From: Candidatus Micrarchaeum sp.
Lineage (GTDB): Archaea; Micrarchaeota; Micrarchaeia; Micrarchaeales; Micrarchaeaceae
Assembly (NCBI RefSeq): GCF_016806735.1
Contig: NZ_CP060530.1
Coordinates: 780,001-812,000, forward strand
DNA: 32,000 nucleotides
Reading direction: 5' to 3'
In this document: positions 1-7,096 of the stretch, piece after piece
Layout of the letters: each line of letters opens with the position of its first letter
How positions within the stretch are numbered: position 1 is the first letter of the stretch
Notes under the pieces: generated by a model
What the model saw: only the letters and a program-made list of their open reading frames with translations
Database searches by the model: none
What the model was told of the DNA's origin: nothing
Made by a program: the position numbers and the translations under genes

Positions 1-251
1 TTAGATAAATTATTGTAAGCGGCCTGCAGGCTGCTAAAATTGACCTTTTCTGTAATATAGTTGTATTTGAGAGTATTATAATTTGATTGCAACACGCTAT
101 AGTTATACTTCACAGAGGAATAGGAGCCTTGTGTTTGTGCATAAGAGCTTAACGTTTGTGCATACAGCACTGCAAAGACCGCTACCAAAACGAGCAATAT
201 GCCTATTACTACGTAAAATCCGGTCTTAGGCTTAGATACGCTTTTTGCCAT
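1..251 (-). CDS. Partial hypothetical membrane-anchored coiled-coil protein (N-terminus in window, C-terminus runs off the left edge)
   Basis: Not in the supplied ORF track because no stop lies in the window. Hand translation from ATG at 249-251 (minus) gives MAKSVSKPKTGFYVVIGILLVLVAVFAVLYAQTLSSYAQTQGSYSSVKYNYSVLQSNYNTLKYNYITEKVNFSSLQAAYNNLS... This shows a basic N-terminus, one hydrophobic helix, then about seven xxYxxLx heptads. Confidence 0.4.
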   Translation of the reverse strand, partial: MAKSVSKPKTGFYVVIGILLVLVAVFAVLYAQTLSSYAQTQGSYSSVKYNYSVLQSNYNTLKYNYITEKVNFSSLQAAYNNLS

Positions 252-493
252 AATAGAACCCCCTACCCTATTTGACTATTAGTAAGAAGGTTTTTTAATT
301 GTATTTGTTTGATAGGCAATATTGAGAAGTATTTTGTATATGAGCAGATTTCAGTTAGTGACAAGTACCCTTGTTTTGTGGGCTAATTGACTTTGCCATG
401 CTACTTCTTTATATAGTTTTACAAAATTTGAGTTAAGATAGAGCTACGACCACAAGATTTCGTAAGACAAATGATATACTCTTTAGCCAAAGA

Positions 494-751
494 GTGCACG
501 AGATAGTCACAAACAGCATTCCGGGAAACGGACTCCTGAAGCTGCCAAAGCTGAGCTACAACCTCACAGAAGCCAAGAGGTCAGTGCTGGAGAAAATGGC
601 GCAGAGCGAGAAAAAGAGCGTGGCGCAGATAGCAAAGGAGCTGAAGAAGACCAGGGGCATGATATACCAGCATCTCCGCGAGTTAAGGGACACCGGATAC
701 ATTGATGAAAAATTCAACATAACCGAGGCAGGCAGGCTGGCCCTGCTTTGA
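494..751 (+). CDS. Small winged-helix (HTH) transcription regulator, copy 1
   Basis: 85-aa ORF with a GTG start in the track. ...SVAQIAKELKKTRGMIYQHLRELRDTGYIDEKFNITEAGRLALL reads as helix-turn-helix plus wing (ArsR/MarR/TrmB-like size and layout). Family-level call only. Confidence 0.6.
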   Translation: MHEIVTNSIPGNGLLKLPKLSYNLTEAKRSVLEKMAQSEKKSVAQIAKELKKTRGMIYQHLRELRDTGYIDEKFNITEAGRLALL

Positions 752-752
752 A
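542..752 (+). repeat. Direct repeat copy A (wHTH gene cassette, ~211 nt)
   Basis: Hand alignment with 1511-1717 shows about 7 substitutions plus one 4-nt indel. There are two GGCA units at 727-734 here versus one at 1696-1699. Confidence 0.9.
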
Positions 753-833
753 TTAGATTTGTGTCAGCACCAGTTTAATATTATATAGCACTAATCTGAA
801 GAACGATTTAAATAATTTAAATGCAAGCGTTAC

Positions 834-1487
834 GTGTGCGGTGTTAATTTGGTAAAATATGCAGTATTGCTTGGGTATGGGCTATTTGATCGTTCAAATA
901 TGAATTATAAGAGATACTTGGATAATTTTGCTTCTTTTGTCAATAAAAACGATATTGAAGTTGTTGTACTTTCCGGGGGACACACAAACCCTAGAAGACC
1001 CTTGGAATCCGAGGCAAGCACCATTTCAAAATATCTAGAGAGTAAAGTAAAGCGGAATACAACCATACTGCTTGAGGAAAGATCTTTGACAACTGCTCAG
1101 AACATAGAGTTTACCAAGCCATTGCTAAAATTGGCCAATGGTTCAGTGACGGTTTTTTGTGATAATATAAGGCCGCCAAAAGTCATGTGGTATGTACTGC
1201 ATTATTGGTTCGGACTTGGCAAGAGAGAAATAGAAAACTATTTTTTGGAATATTCGCTTAAATTCTATTCAAAACATTTTACCACAGAGCAAATAGGAAA
1301 AGAACTGAATAAGGGCTTGGCATATAAAAATGTCCTAGTAAAACCTTATCGCATGCGCACCGGCATCGATGACGCAATTAGTGGTCAAATTGCTTCTGTT
1401 CTAGAAATAAACTCCTTATATGATAAAAAGCTGTACTCAAAATTGATTAAGGCAGTAAAGATAAAATTTGGACTTAAAAACCGATGA
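834..1487 (+). CDS. DUF218 / YdcF-ElyC-like protein
   Basis: 217-aa ORF. VVLSGGHTNP...ESEASTISKYL...ILLEERSLTTAQNIEF matches the DUF218 signature as I remember it (SGG...SEA..m..yL....E..S.nT.eN). The gene is very AT-rich (a 60-nt sample at 901-960 has 15 G+C). The GTG start at 834 is uncertain. Confidence 0.5.
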   Translation: MCGVNLVKYAVLLGYGLFDRSNMNYKRYLDNFASFVNKNDIEVVVLSGGHTNPRRPLESEASTISKYLESKVKRNTTILLEERSLTTAQNIEFTKPLLKLANGSVTVFCDNIRPPKVMWYVLHYWFGLGKREIENYFLEYSLKFYSKHFTTEQIGKELNKGLAYKNVLVKPYRMRTGIDDAISGQIASVLEINSLYDKKLYSKLIKAVKIKFGLKNR

Positions 1488-1798
1488 AAATAGCAAATAC
1501 CACAAACAAACTGCAAAAGCTGAGCTACAACCTTACAGAAGCCAAGAGGTCAGTGCTGGAGAAAATAGCGCAGAGCGAGAAAAGGAGCGTGGCGCAGATA
1601 GCAAAGGAGCTGAAGAAGACCAGAGGCATGATATACCAGCACCTGCGCGAGTTAAGGGACACCGGATACATTGATGAAAAATTCAACATAACCGAGGCAG
1701 GCTGGCCCTGCTTTGAAGTTGTCAAACATAACTATTTTTATTTAATTATTGAAATTTACATACAGATGATAGCTTCAGGGACAGCTTTTCGACAATAG
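1484..1798 (+). CDS. Small winged-helix regulator, copy 2, with C-terminus altered by a 4-nt indel (variant or decaying paralogue)
   Basis: 104-aa ORF. Its ATG overlaps the stop of the DUF218 gene (ATGA at 1484-1487). Residues LSYNLTEAKRSVLEK...FNITEAG are nearly identical to copy 1. Loss of one GGCA unit then shifts the frame past the ancestral TGA (1714-1716), adding WPCFEVVKHNYFYLIIEIYIQMIASGTAFRQ. Confidence 0.5.
   Translation: MKIANTTNKLQKLSYNLTEAKRSVLEKIAQSEKRSVAQIAKELKKTRGMIYQHLRELRDTGYIDEKFNITEAGWPCFEVVKHNYFYLIIEIYIQMIASGTAFRQ
1511..1717 (+). repeat. Direct repeat copy B (wHTH gene cassette, ~207 nt)
   Basis: See copy A. The offset between copies is 969 nt at the 5' end and 965 nt at the 3' end, consistent with a single 4-nt deletion. 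Confidence 0.9.
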
Positions 1799-1893
1799 TG
1801 CGCCTCTGGGGGCTATACGCCTGATATCATAAAATTAATATCTCTTATAGACAACTGAAAAAGGCGTGATTAGGTCCTTTTCAGGGCCTGCTA

Positions 1894-2370
1894 TTATCTA
1901 AAAGAATCTTTGTACATATCACGTTTGCCTTCTGCCATTCCACGCTTTACATTTTCATTTTTTTCTTCAAGATTTTTTATTTCCTTGCGCACATCATCAG
2001 AAATTTCTTGTGGTACTTGCTCTGACAGCTTAGGGTAACGGGAATTCCTTAACATGCGTATTGCGTCCTCTCTCGAATCATCAATACAATCAATCTCTTG
2101 TTGCAAATAATAGCCAAATATTTTAGCAGTATTTGGCACAGTTTTTAGAAAATCACTCGTTTGAGTACGATTTTCACCATCCATATTTCTGAAGGAATGT
2201 GCAAGAGAAGAACCTAATGCGTCACAAACAGAACTTGGGCTTCTACCCTCATCAATCAGACGAACGGCTTGTTCCAACATAGAAACAAAAACAGAACCGT
2301 TTGTTTTAGTTGTTTTTTGTTTAGAAGTTTCGTTTGACGGGTTTGACGTCGTTGTTGACGATGTTGTCAT
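1894..2370 (-). CDS. Hypothetical protein with Thr/Ser-rich N-terminus
   Basis: 158-aa ORF with no overlapping competitor. No motif I recognise. Confidence 0.4.
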   Translation of the reverse strand: MTTSSTTTSNPSNETSKQKTTKTNGSVFVSMLEQAVRLIDEGRSPSSVCDALGSSLAHSFRNMDGENRTQTSDFLKTVPNTAKIFGYYLQQEIDCIDDSREDAIRMLRNSRYPKLSEQVPQEISDDVRKEIKNLEEKNENVKRGMAEGKRDMYKDSFR

Positions 2371-2651
2371 AATACCACAAAGTCACTCTATTAATCCAGA
2401 TATTTATACCTATTTGTATGGCAGGCTTGGCTCTAAAAGTGTGCTCCTAATCTTACCTTAGAAGCAGATTTAACACTTTAAGAGCAAGATAGACTAAAGG
2501 AGCGAAGCCTTGAATAAAATGTACAGCCAGCTGCGACATCCGGGACAGCGTTTTGGTGATCACCAAGCCATTTAGACTATCTGAAGAATGCTCTGTTCAA
2601 TACTTCATCGGCACACTTTGCGATAAATATTACCGTAAAATCATAACCTAT

Positions 2652-3248
2652 CTAAAATTTTGCCTTCTCGCGCATTATAATATTGGTTATGCTTTTTTCC
2701 ACTACCTTAGAACTGCCAATTCCTATTTCTGACAATACCTCATCTATTTTTGCTTTTGCCGAATCCTCTTTGTCCTTGGTTGCCATTATCTCTGCTTCGA
2801 TCCCCAGGCCAAAATCTTCGATATTTTCTAGGGATATGCTAACGCCTTCAAGTGTATACGCTAATCGTTTTTTCTTTATAGTGCAGAAAGGCTTGAACCC
2901 TATGGCTTTTAGGATAGCCGTAGCTTCATCCATCGATCCGACTAAGATTTCGTGTTCTTCCCAAGAATTGTGGTCATTTTGCCTGGTTATTACCTTGACG
3001 TTCATCATCGTCTCTTTTGGCTTATCCGCTGCCGACTGTTCGCGCAGCCTTAAACTGAACGATCCAACCTCTTTCATTTCGATTTCTGAAAAAGATTTCG
3101 TATCTTTCCTGCAGAAATAGGTATCATTAATGTTAACAACTCCTTCATTCGAAGCTCCAAGCGTTATGAGCTTATTTTTAACCGCTTCATATTCAGAACC
3201 GTTCAATAAGGCCCTCTTTTCAACTTCCTGAACCCTTTTTTCTTCCAT
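2652..3248 (-). CDS. CYTH-domain protein (CyaB-like class IV adenylate cyclase / triphosphate tunnel metalloenzyme family)
   Basis: 198-aa ORF. It has an N-terminal EVEKRALL (ExExK-type motif), DTYF, SFSLRLRE, KVITRQ, and a C-terminal KKKRLAYTLEGVSISLENIEDFGLGIEAEI resembling the CYTH ...R..y...g..v.lD.v..LG.f.EiE pattern. Confidence 0.65.
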   Translation of the reverse strand: MEEKRVQEVEKRALLNGSEYEAVKNKLITLGASNEGVVNINDTYFCRKDTKSFSEIEMKEVGSFSLRLREQSAADKPKETMMNVKVITRQNDHNSWEEHEILVGSMDEATAILKAIGFKPFCTIKKKRLAYTLEGVSISLENIEDFGLGIEAEIMATKDKEDSAKAKIDEVLSEIGIGSSKVVEKSITNIIMREKAKF

Positions 3249-3378
3249 AGTAAAACCTTTTTTACTTTAGGATGGCTTTATAATCTATTAATTATTCCCA
3301 TAAGTTGTTTGAGTCCGCTGGGCCATAGGTTTACGCATGCTGCGATTAGGATTTAAGCGTTTGCACTAAAATAGCGAT

Positions 3379-3990
3379 ATGGTGCTTGCAATGGACATAA
3401 TACTTCCAAAGCTAGATTTCATTTACTCCTATATATACGACAGCACCTTGGCAGAATTGTCAGGCAAAGAATATAGCAACAAAATGCAGGCAGAAGCTGA
3501 GAGATACATAAAGATTGTCAGCAAGGAATTCTCAAAATACTCTAAACGTGTGCTTAAGGACATTTCAAATATCTCAGGGCTTAAATGGCAGAAGCAGTTG
3601 ATAGACGTTTATATATCCAAATATGCCCCTAATTCGCTATCTGTGCCTCTGACCATAAAGATTTACAAAGACGTAAAGGTAAGCACTGCAATATTAGTGC
3701 ATGAGCTTGTGCACAATATTTTATTCCAGAATGAGAAGCACATACGATACAAAAAACTTTTTGAGGATTTCAGGAATGAGAGCACCGCCACAAAATACCA
3801 TGTAATAGAAGGTGCAATATTATACGAACTTAACAGAATGCTGTTTTCTGACGGGCTCAGTGGCTTTTTCGAATACGATAACTGGAAATCCGAAGACGCT
3901 GGTAAGGAATACAACAGAGCCATAAGCATCGTAATTGATAAAGGCCCAGAGAATATAATAAAAAAGTACATAGCAAGAAACTCAAAATAA
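3379..3990 (+). CDS. Hypothetical protein with HExxH motif (possible zinc metallopeptidase-like)
   Basis: 203-aa ORF. ILVHELVHNILF contains HExxH. No further family signature recognised. Confidence 0.4.
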   Translation: MVLAMDIILPKLDFIYSYIYDSTLAELSGKEYSNKMQAEAERYIKIVSKEFSKYSKRVLKDISNISGLKWQKQLIDVYISKYAPNSLSVPLTIKIYKDVKVSTAILVHELVHNILFQNEKHIRYKKLFEDFRNESTATKYHVIEGAILYELNRMLFSDGLSGFFEYDNWKSEDAGKEYNRAISIVIDKGPENIIKKYIARNSK

Positions 3991-4124
3991 GCTAGACGCC
4001 CTTGTTGTAAACAATAATGGTTAATTGCATGAGAATTTAGTCAATAAACCTTGGCTGGCTTGATCGCATAGGATATCTATGCAAATCTTTAATAGGTTTT
4101 TATGGAATTACCTAAGACGATAAC

Positions 4125-4601
4125 ATGGCGAAATTTACCAATTCAAACTCCGAAAAACTTCTTGGCAGCTTGTCTTCAGAACTCACCCCCGTAGAGAAAG
4201 AGATACTTCTCAACGAGGAGATGACTCAGACCGAAGTGTCGAATATCTTAAAAGTACCCGTAAAAGTTGAGGTTATTGCACAGCACGAACTGTCAGATGT
4301 TATTGTGCGCCAGGTGCGGATTTATGCCGAGCGAGCAGATGGCAGGCATCCTACTGTCTATTTTGCCGAGTCGGTAATACCAATCAGCATGAATTCTGAC
4401 CAGTTTATTGCAATCATCAGGGAAAAGAATATGGGTATCGGCCAGGCAGTGAAAGCCATGCATATAACCCAAAATAGGCATATCATCGACTTGTACGCCG
4501 ATGAAAACGTGATATCCAGAAACTATAGCATCGAAGGCGACAAACTTTTTATACTTATAACTGAAGTATTTCCTAGGAGCGTATTGAAAGCCATAGACTA
4601 G
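4125..4601 (+). CDS. Chorismate-lyase-fold / DUF98-like protein
   Basis: 158-aa ORF. LTPVEKEILL..., VYFAESVIPIS, IGQAVKAMHITQNRHII and RNYSI...LFILITEVFP follow the DUF98 pattern I recall (LTP.qriLL ... yAeS.iP ... iG..l....i.t.Rei ... R.Y.i......i.E.Fp). Confidence 0.45.
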   Translation: MAKFTNSNSEKLLGSLSSELTPVEKEILLNEEMTQTEVSNILKVPVKVEVIAQHELSDVIVRQVRIYAERADGRHPTVYFAESVIPISMNSDQFIAIIREKNMGIGQAVKAMHITQNRHIIDLYADENVISRNYSIEGDKLFILITEVFPRSVLKAID

Positions 4602-4655
4602 ATTGCTTCTTAACTTATCTAGTAGAGTTAGGATAAAAGCTTCTTTTTATTCCGG

Positions 4656-5030
4656 TCATATCCTGCCGTATATAGTCCCGAATTCCTGCATTCTTTTTTT
4701 GATTTCCTGTGCGGATTTTTCGTAATCCTCCAGAGCTTCGGTCCCCTTCTTCGTTATGGAGTACTGCCTTCTTGTCTTTTCGGACCTCTTTTCGGTTTCG
4801 TCTGACTTTATGTAGCCGTTCGCCTCAAGCCATTCCAGGGTTGGATATATTGCTGCCGGGCCGGGCCTCCACATGCCGTTTGTCTTTTCGAATATCTGCT
4901 CCATGAGCTCGAAGCCGTGCATGGGCCTTTCAGAGAGCAGCTTCAGCACCAGGGGCTTGAGCAGCCCCTTTGGCACTATGTCTACCCTGAAAGGTCCGCA
5001 GTTGCAATAGCCTCTTGGCATTTCATTCAT
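4656..5030 (-). CDS. PadR-family transcriptional regulator
   Basis: LKPLVLKLLSERPMHGFELMEQI...GPAAIYPTLEWLEANGYIKSDE...RRQYSITKKGTEAL is a typical PadR winged helix. Confidence 0.8.
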   Translation of the reverse strand: MNEMPRGYCNCGPFRVDIVPKGLLKPLVLKLLSERPMHGFELMEQIFEKTNGMWRPGPAAIYPTLEWLEANGYIKSDETEKRSEKTRRQYSITKKGTEALEDYEKSAQEIKKRMQEFGTIYGRI

Positions 5031-5316
5031 CCTTGGCTTCGGTTTCGCTTGAGCCTTTCTGGATCTCGTCTATGCGCTTTGCTATGAATTTTGCCTGCTC
5101 TTCCAAGTCCTCCTTGTAGAGTTTGAGCTTTTCTATGAGCCTTTCCTTGTGTAGGGGGCCCATTTCATCCATGCTGTCCATGTCAGAGCTCGTTCCCATT
5201 CCGTGCATGTGCATCCCCATTCGTCCGCGCATACCTCCGCGCATGCCACCATTCATGTTTCCGTGGCCGCATCCGCAACCGCAGTCGTTTCCATTTTCGT
5301 TCATTTCGTATCTCAT
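5023..5316 (-). CDS. Small Cys/Gly/Met/His-rich protein with C-terminal coiled coil (DUF5320-like)
   Basis: 97-aa ORF overlapping the PadR start by 8 nt. The N-terminal half is DCGCGCGHGNMNGGMRGGMRGRMGMHMHGMG. The C-terminal half, LIEKLKLYKEDLEEQAKFIAKRIDEIQK, is helical. The layout resembles DUF5320 proteins, which commonly sit next to PadR genes. Confidence 0.5.
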   Translation of the reverse strand: MRYEMNENGNDCGCGCGHGNMNGGMRGGMRGRMGMHMHGMGTSSDMDSMDEMGPLHKERLIEKLKLYKEDLEEQAKFIAKRIDEIQKGSSETEAKDE

Positions 5317-5353
5317 ATTATATCACTACTGATATAGTTAGTTATATAAATAT

Positions 5354-5800
5354 TTAAATGTTTCGTTTCATGGAATCGAGCTTTTCAAACGCTTTTTTTA
5401 TCTCGTCCGAATTCGCGTATTCGTCTATCCATGGATAGAAGTCAGACTCTTCCATGGAATCATGGGAAGTGAGCAGCTGTTCAAGCTCTGACACAAATCC
5501 AGGGATTGTTTTATTTGCACTAGGATTCTTTATTGCCAGCCTTATTTCCTGAATCAGGGACCTTATCCTGGAATGCTGCAGTGATATCTCTTCGAGCAGA
5601 AGGTTTTCTGTTTCGCCGGTATGCGATTCCACAATCGGAAAAAGTATTTTTTCCTCAAATTCCATATGCCTTGATATCCCTGAAACAAAGTTTTCGAAGT
5701 ATTCTGGCGATTCCGAAAGCTTGAACTGTTCGAGCAGTTCGTACTCTTCGTGATGCTCCCCGGACATGAATTCATAGATTTTTCCCATTGTTTTGAACAC
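5354..5800 (-). CDS. Hemerythrin-like (HHE cation-binding) domain protein
   Basis: 148-aa ORF. GEHHEEYELL, HMEFEEKILFPIVE, LQHSRI and SHDSMEESDFYPWI give the His/Glu spacing typical of hemerythrin-like four-helix bundles. The track start overlaps the upstream gene by 29 nt. Alternative in-frame ATGs lie at 5788 and 5767. Confidence 0.5.
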   Translation of the reverse strand: MFKTMGKIYEFMSGEHHEEYELLEQFKLSESPEYFENFVSGISRHMEFEEKILFPIVESHTGETENLLLEEISLQHSRIRSLIQEIRLAIKNPSANKTIPGFVSELEQLLTSHDSMEESDFYPWIDEYANSDEIKKAFEKLDSMKRNI

Positions 5801-6254
5801 CGTTTTGAGCTTGTACTGGCTCTTTTTTCTGTATTACAGGCTTTATGCTCTTTCCAGAAGCCATTATGTGCCAGATGTTTGCCACATGTATAAGTATTGC
5901 CAGCACAAGAAGCGCTAGGCCCAAAGGCAGCAGCGCAGTAGTGGCGCTTCCAAAAAGCCCTATCATGGATAAGAACAACAATATTATCCCCATGTTCATT
6001 GCTGCGAGCTCAACTGCTACTGACTTGTAGTTTGCAAAAGTCGCATGGGAAAGCCCGGGTGCGAAAATATAGGAAAGCCCAAATACCATCATAGTGACAA
6101 AGCCGTAAAGCTCCAATATGAATATTGGATCGTGCTTTATCAAAATAACCCCTGTTAGATCGAGCGCCAGCAGTATCGTGCCGATTAGCAGATAGGCAAA
6201 GGCTATTGCCATGTATGACCTTGCCAGCTTTGAACTTGCGGATACGTTGTCCAT
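5772..6254 (-). CDS. Hypothetical integral membrane protein (about 4 TM helices)
   Basis: 160-aa ORF with four long hydrophobic segments and a polar C-terminal tail. No family recognised. Confidence 0.5.
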   Translation of the reverse strand: MDNVSASSKLARSYMAIAFAYLLIGTILLALDLTGVILIKHDPIFILELYGFVTMMVFGLSYIFAPGLSHATFANYKSVAVELAAMNMGIILLFLSMIGLFGSATTALLPLGLALLVLAILIHVANIWHIMASGKSIKPVIQKKEPVQAQNGVQNNGKNL

Positions 6255-6258
6255 TTGA

Positions 6259-6648
6259 CTAACCTTGCTTTGAATCCATATTTGAGGAATCAGGAATAAA
6301 CTTTATAGATATGGAATTGACGCAGTGCCTTACGTTCTTCTTTGTAAGTTGCTCGCCGGTAAATACGTGGCCCAGATGGGCGCCGCACCTGGCGCACTCT
6401 ATTTCAGTCCTTATGCCGTCAGCGTCAAGGATTCGCTTAATTGCTCCAGGAATTTCGTCGTCGAATGCCGGCCATCCGCATCCGGAGTCGAACTTGTCCT
6501 TGGAACGGTACAGTGGAGCCCCGCATCTTTTGCATACATAAGTTCCTGGCTTGAAAAAATCGTCGTATTCTCCGGTGAATGGAGCTTCCGTGCCCTTGTG
6601 CAGTATTACGCGCTCCTCCTCTTTTGTGAGTTTTGCGTATTCCGCCAT
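6259..6648 (-). CDS. msrB: Peptide-methionine (R)-S-oxide reductase MsrB
   Basis: Two CxxC zinc motifs ([20 protein letters not shown]), GCGWPAF and the catalytic RHCVNS motif. Confidence 0.9.
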   Translation of the reverse strand: MAEYAKLTKEEERVILHKGTEAPFTGEYDDFFKPGTYVCKRCGAPLYRSKDKFDSGCGWPAFDDEIPGAIKRILDADGIRTEIECARCGAHLGHVFTGEQLTKKNVRHCVNSISIKFIPDSSNMDSKQG

Positions 6649-6657
6649 TTTATTGCC

Positions 6658-6999
6658 TTACTTGGCCTTTCCGCTCTGCTTCTTGTACTTCTTTATGAGG
6701 TCTATTGCCTGGTCTATGGAGCGCTTCACGTCGGCCTCGGTCCTGGCACCAGTGCATATTATCTTGCCGTTCTTGAATAGAAGCAGCGCAGACTTGGGCT
6801 CGTGTATTTTGAGAATTGCCCCTGGAAACTGCTCGGGCTCATAGTCGACGTCGTAGGACAGCCTTGCAAGGCCGTAGAGATCCAGCTCTATGCTGAGGTC
6901 AGCGCTTGCGACCATGTTGACAACCCTGTACGTCGGATGAAGCACAATATGCTTCCCTAGAGCTGAATCGTGAGATTGGGACTTTGCCATCAAGAACAC
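6658..6999 (-). CDS. Single-repeat TATA-box-binding-protein (TBP) domain protein
   Basis: 113-aa ORF. VVNMVASADLSIELDLYGLARLSYDVDYEPEQFPGAILKIHEPKSALLLFKNGKIICTGARTEADVKRSIDQAIDLI is one complete TBP repeat, closest to the C-terminal repeat of archaeal TBPs (...EYEPEQFPG...EPK...LLF.SGKIVCTGAK.E.D...). There is no second repeat. Flanking sequence is msrB (9-nt spacer) and a promoter region. An alternative ATG lies at 6990. Confidence 0.75.
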   Translation of the reverse strand: MFLMAKSQSHDSALGKHIVLHPTYRVVNMVASADLSIELDLYGLARLSYDVDYEPEQFPGAILKIHEPKSALLLFKNGKIICTGARTEADVKRSIDQAIDLIKKYKKQSGKAK

Positions 7000-7023
7000 C
7001 TAGAAGATTTTTAAGCCTTAAGG

Positions 7024-7037
7024 CATAAATATATATG
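7024..7037. promoter_or_regulatory. TATA-like element in divergent intergenic region (TBP-domain gene / rpl21e)
   Basis: CATAAATATATATG lies 25-38 nt upstream of the minus-strand start at 6999 and about 60 nt upstream of the rpl21e ATG. Positional argument only. Confidence 0.3.
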
Positions 7038-7096
7038 CGCTTAATAGTCCACTTGCAAGAGCGCGGCTTTTGCGCAATTTTTTTCGGGTTTTTGAA

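Noticed and set aside
1468-1725. 68-aa (plus) and 66-aa (minus) ORFs overlapping the second wHTH cassette.
   Set aside because: These are alternative-frame or antisense readings of the duplicated wHTH coding sequence. The wHTH frame is the one conserved between the two repeat copies, where most substitutions are synonymous or conservative.
2371-2651. A 281-nt gene-free stretch between two minus-strand genes, inspected for a tRNA-like fold, C/D-box sRNA motifs or a small ORF.
   Set aside because: I found no convincing C box (RUGAUGA) and D box (CUGA) pair, no cloverleaf and no strong inverted repeat by eye. It is most likely promoter/UTR sequence in an AT-rich accessory region. A covariance-model scan would be needed to be sure.
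6311-6844. Plus-strand ORFs of 76, 151 and 97 aa across the msrB and TBP-domain genes.
   Set aside because: They are antisense to two confidently recognised coding sequences and have no motifs.
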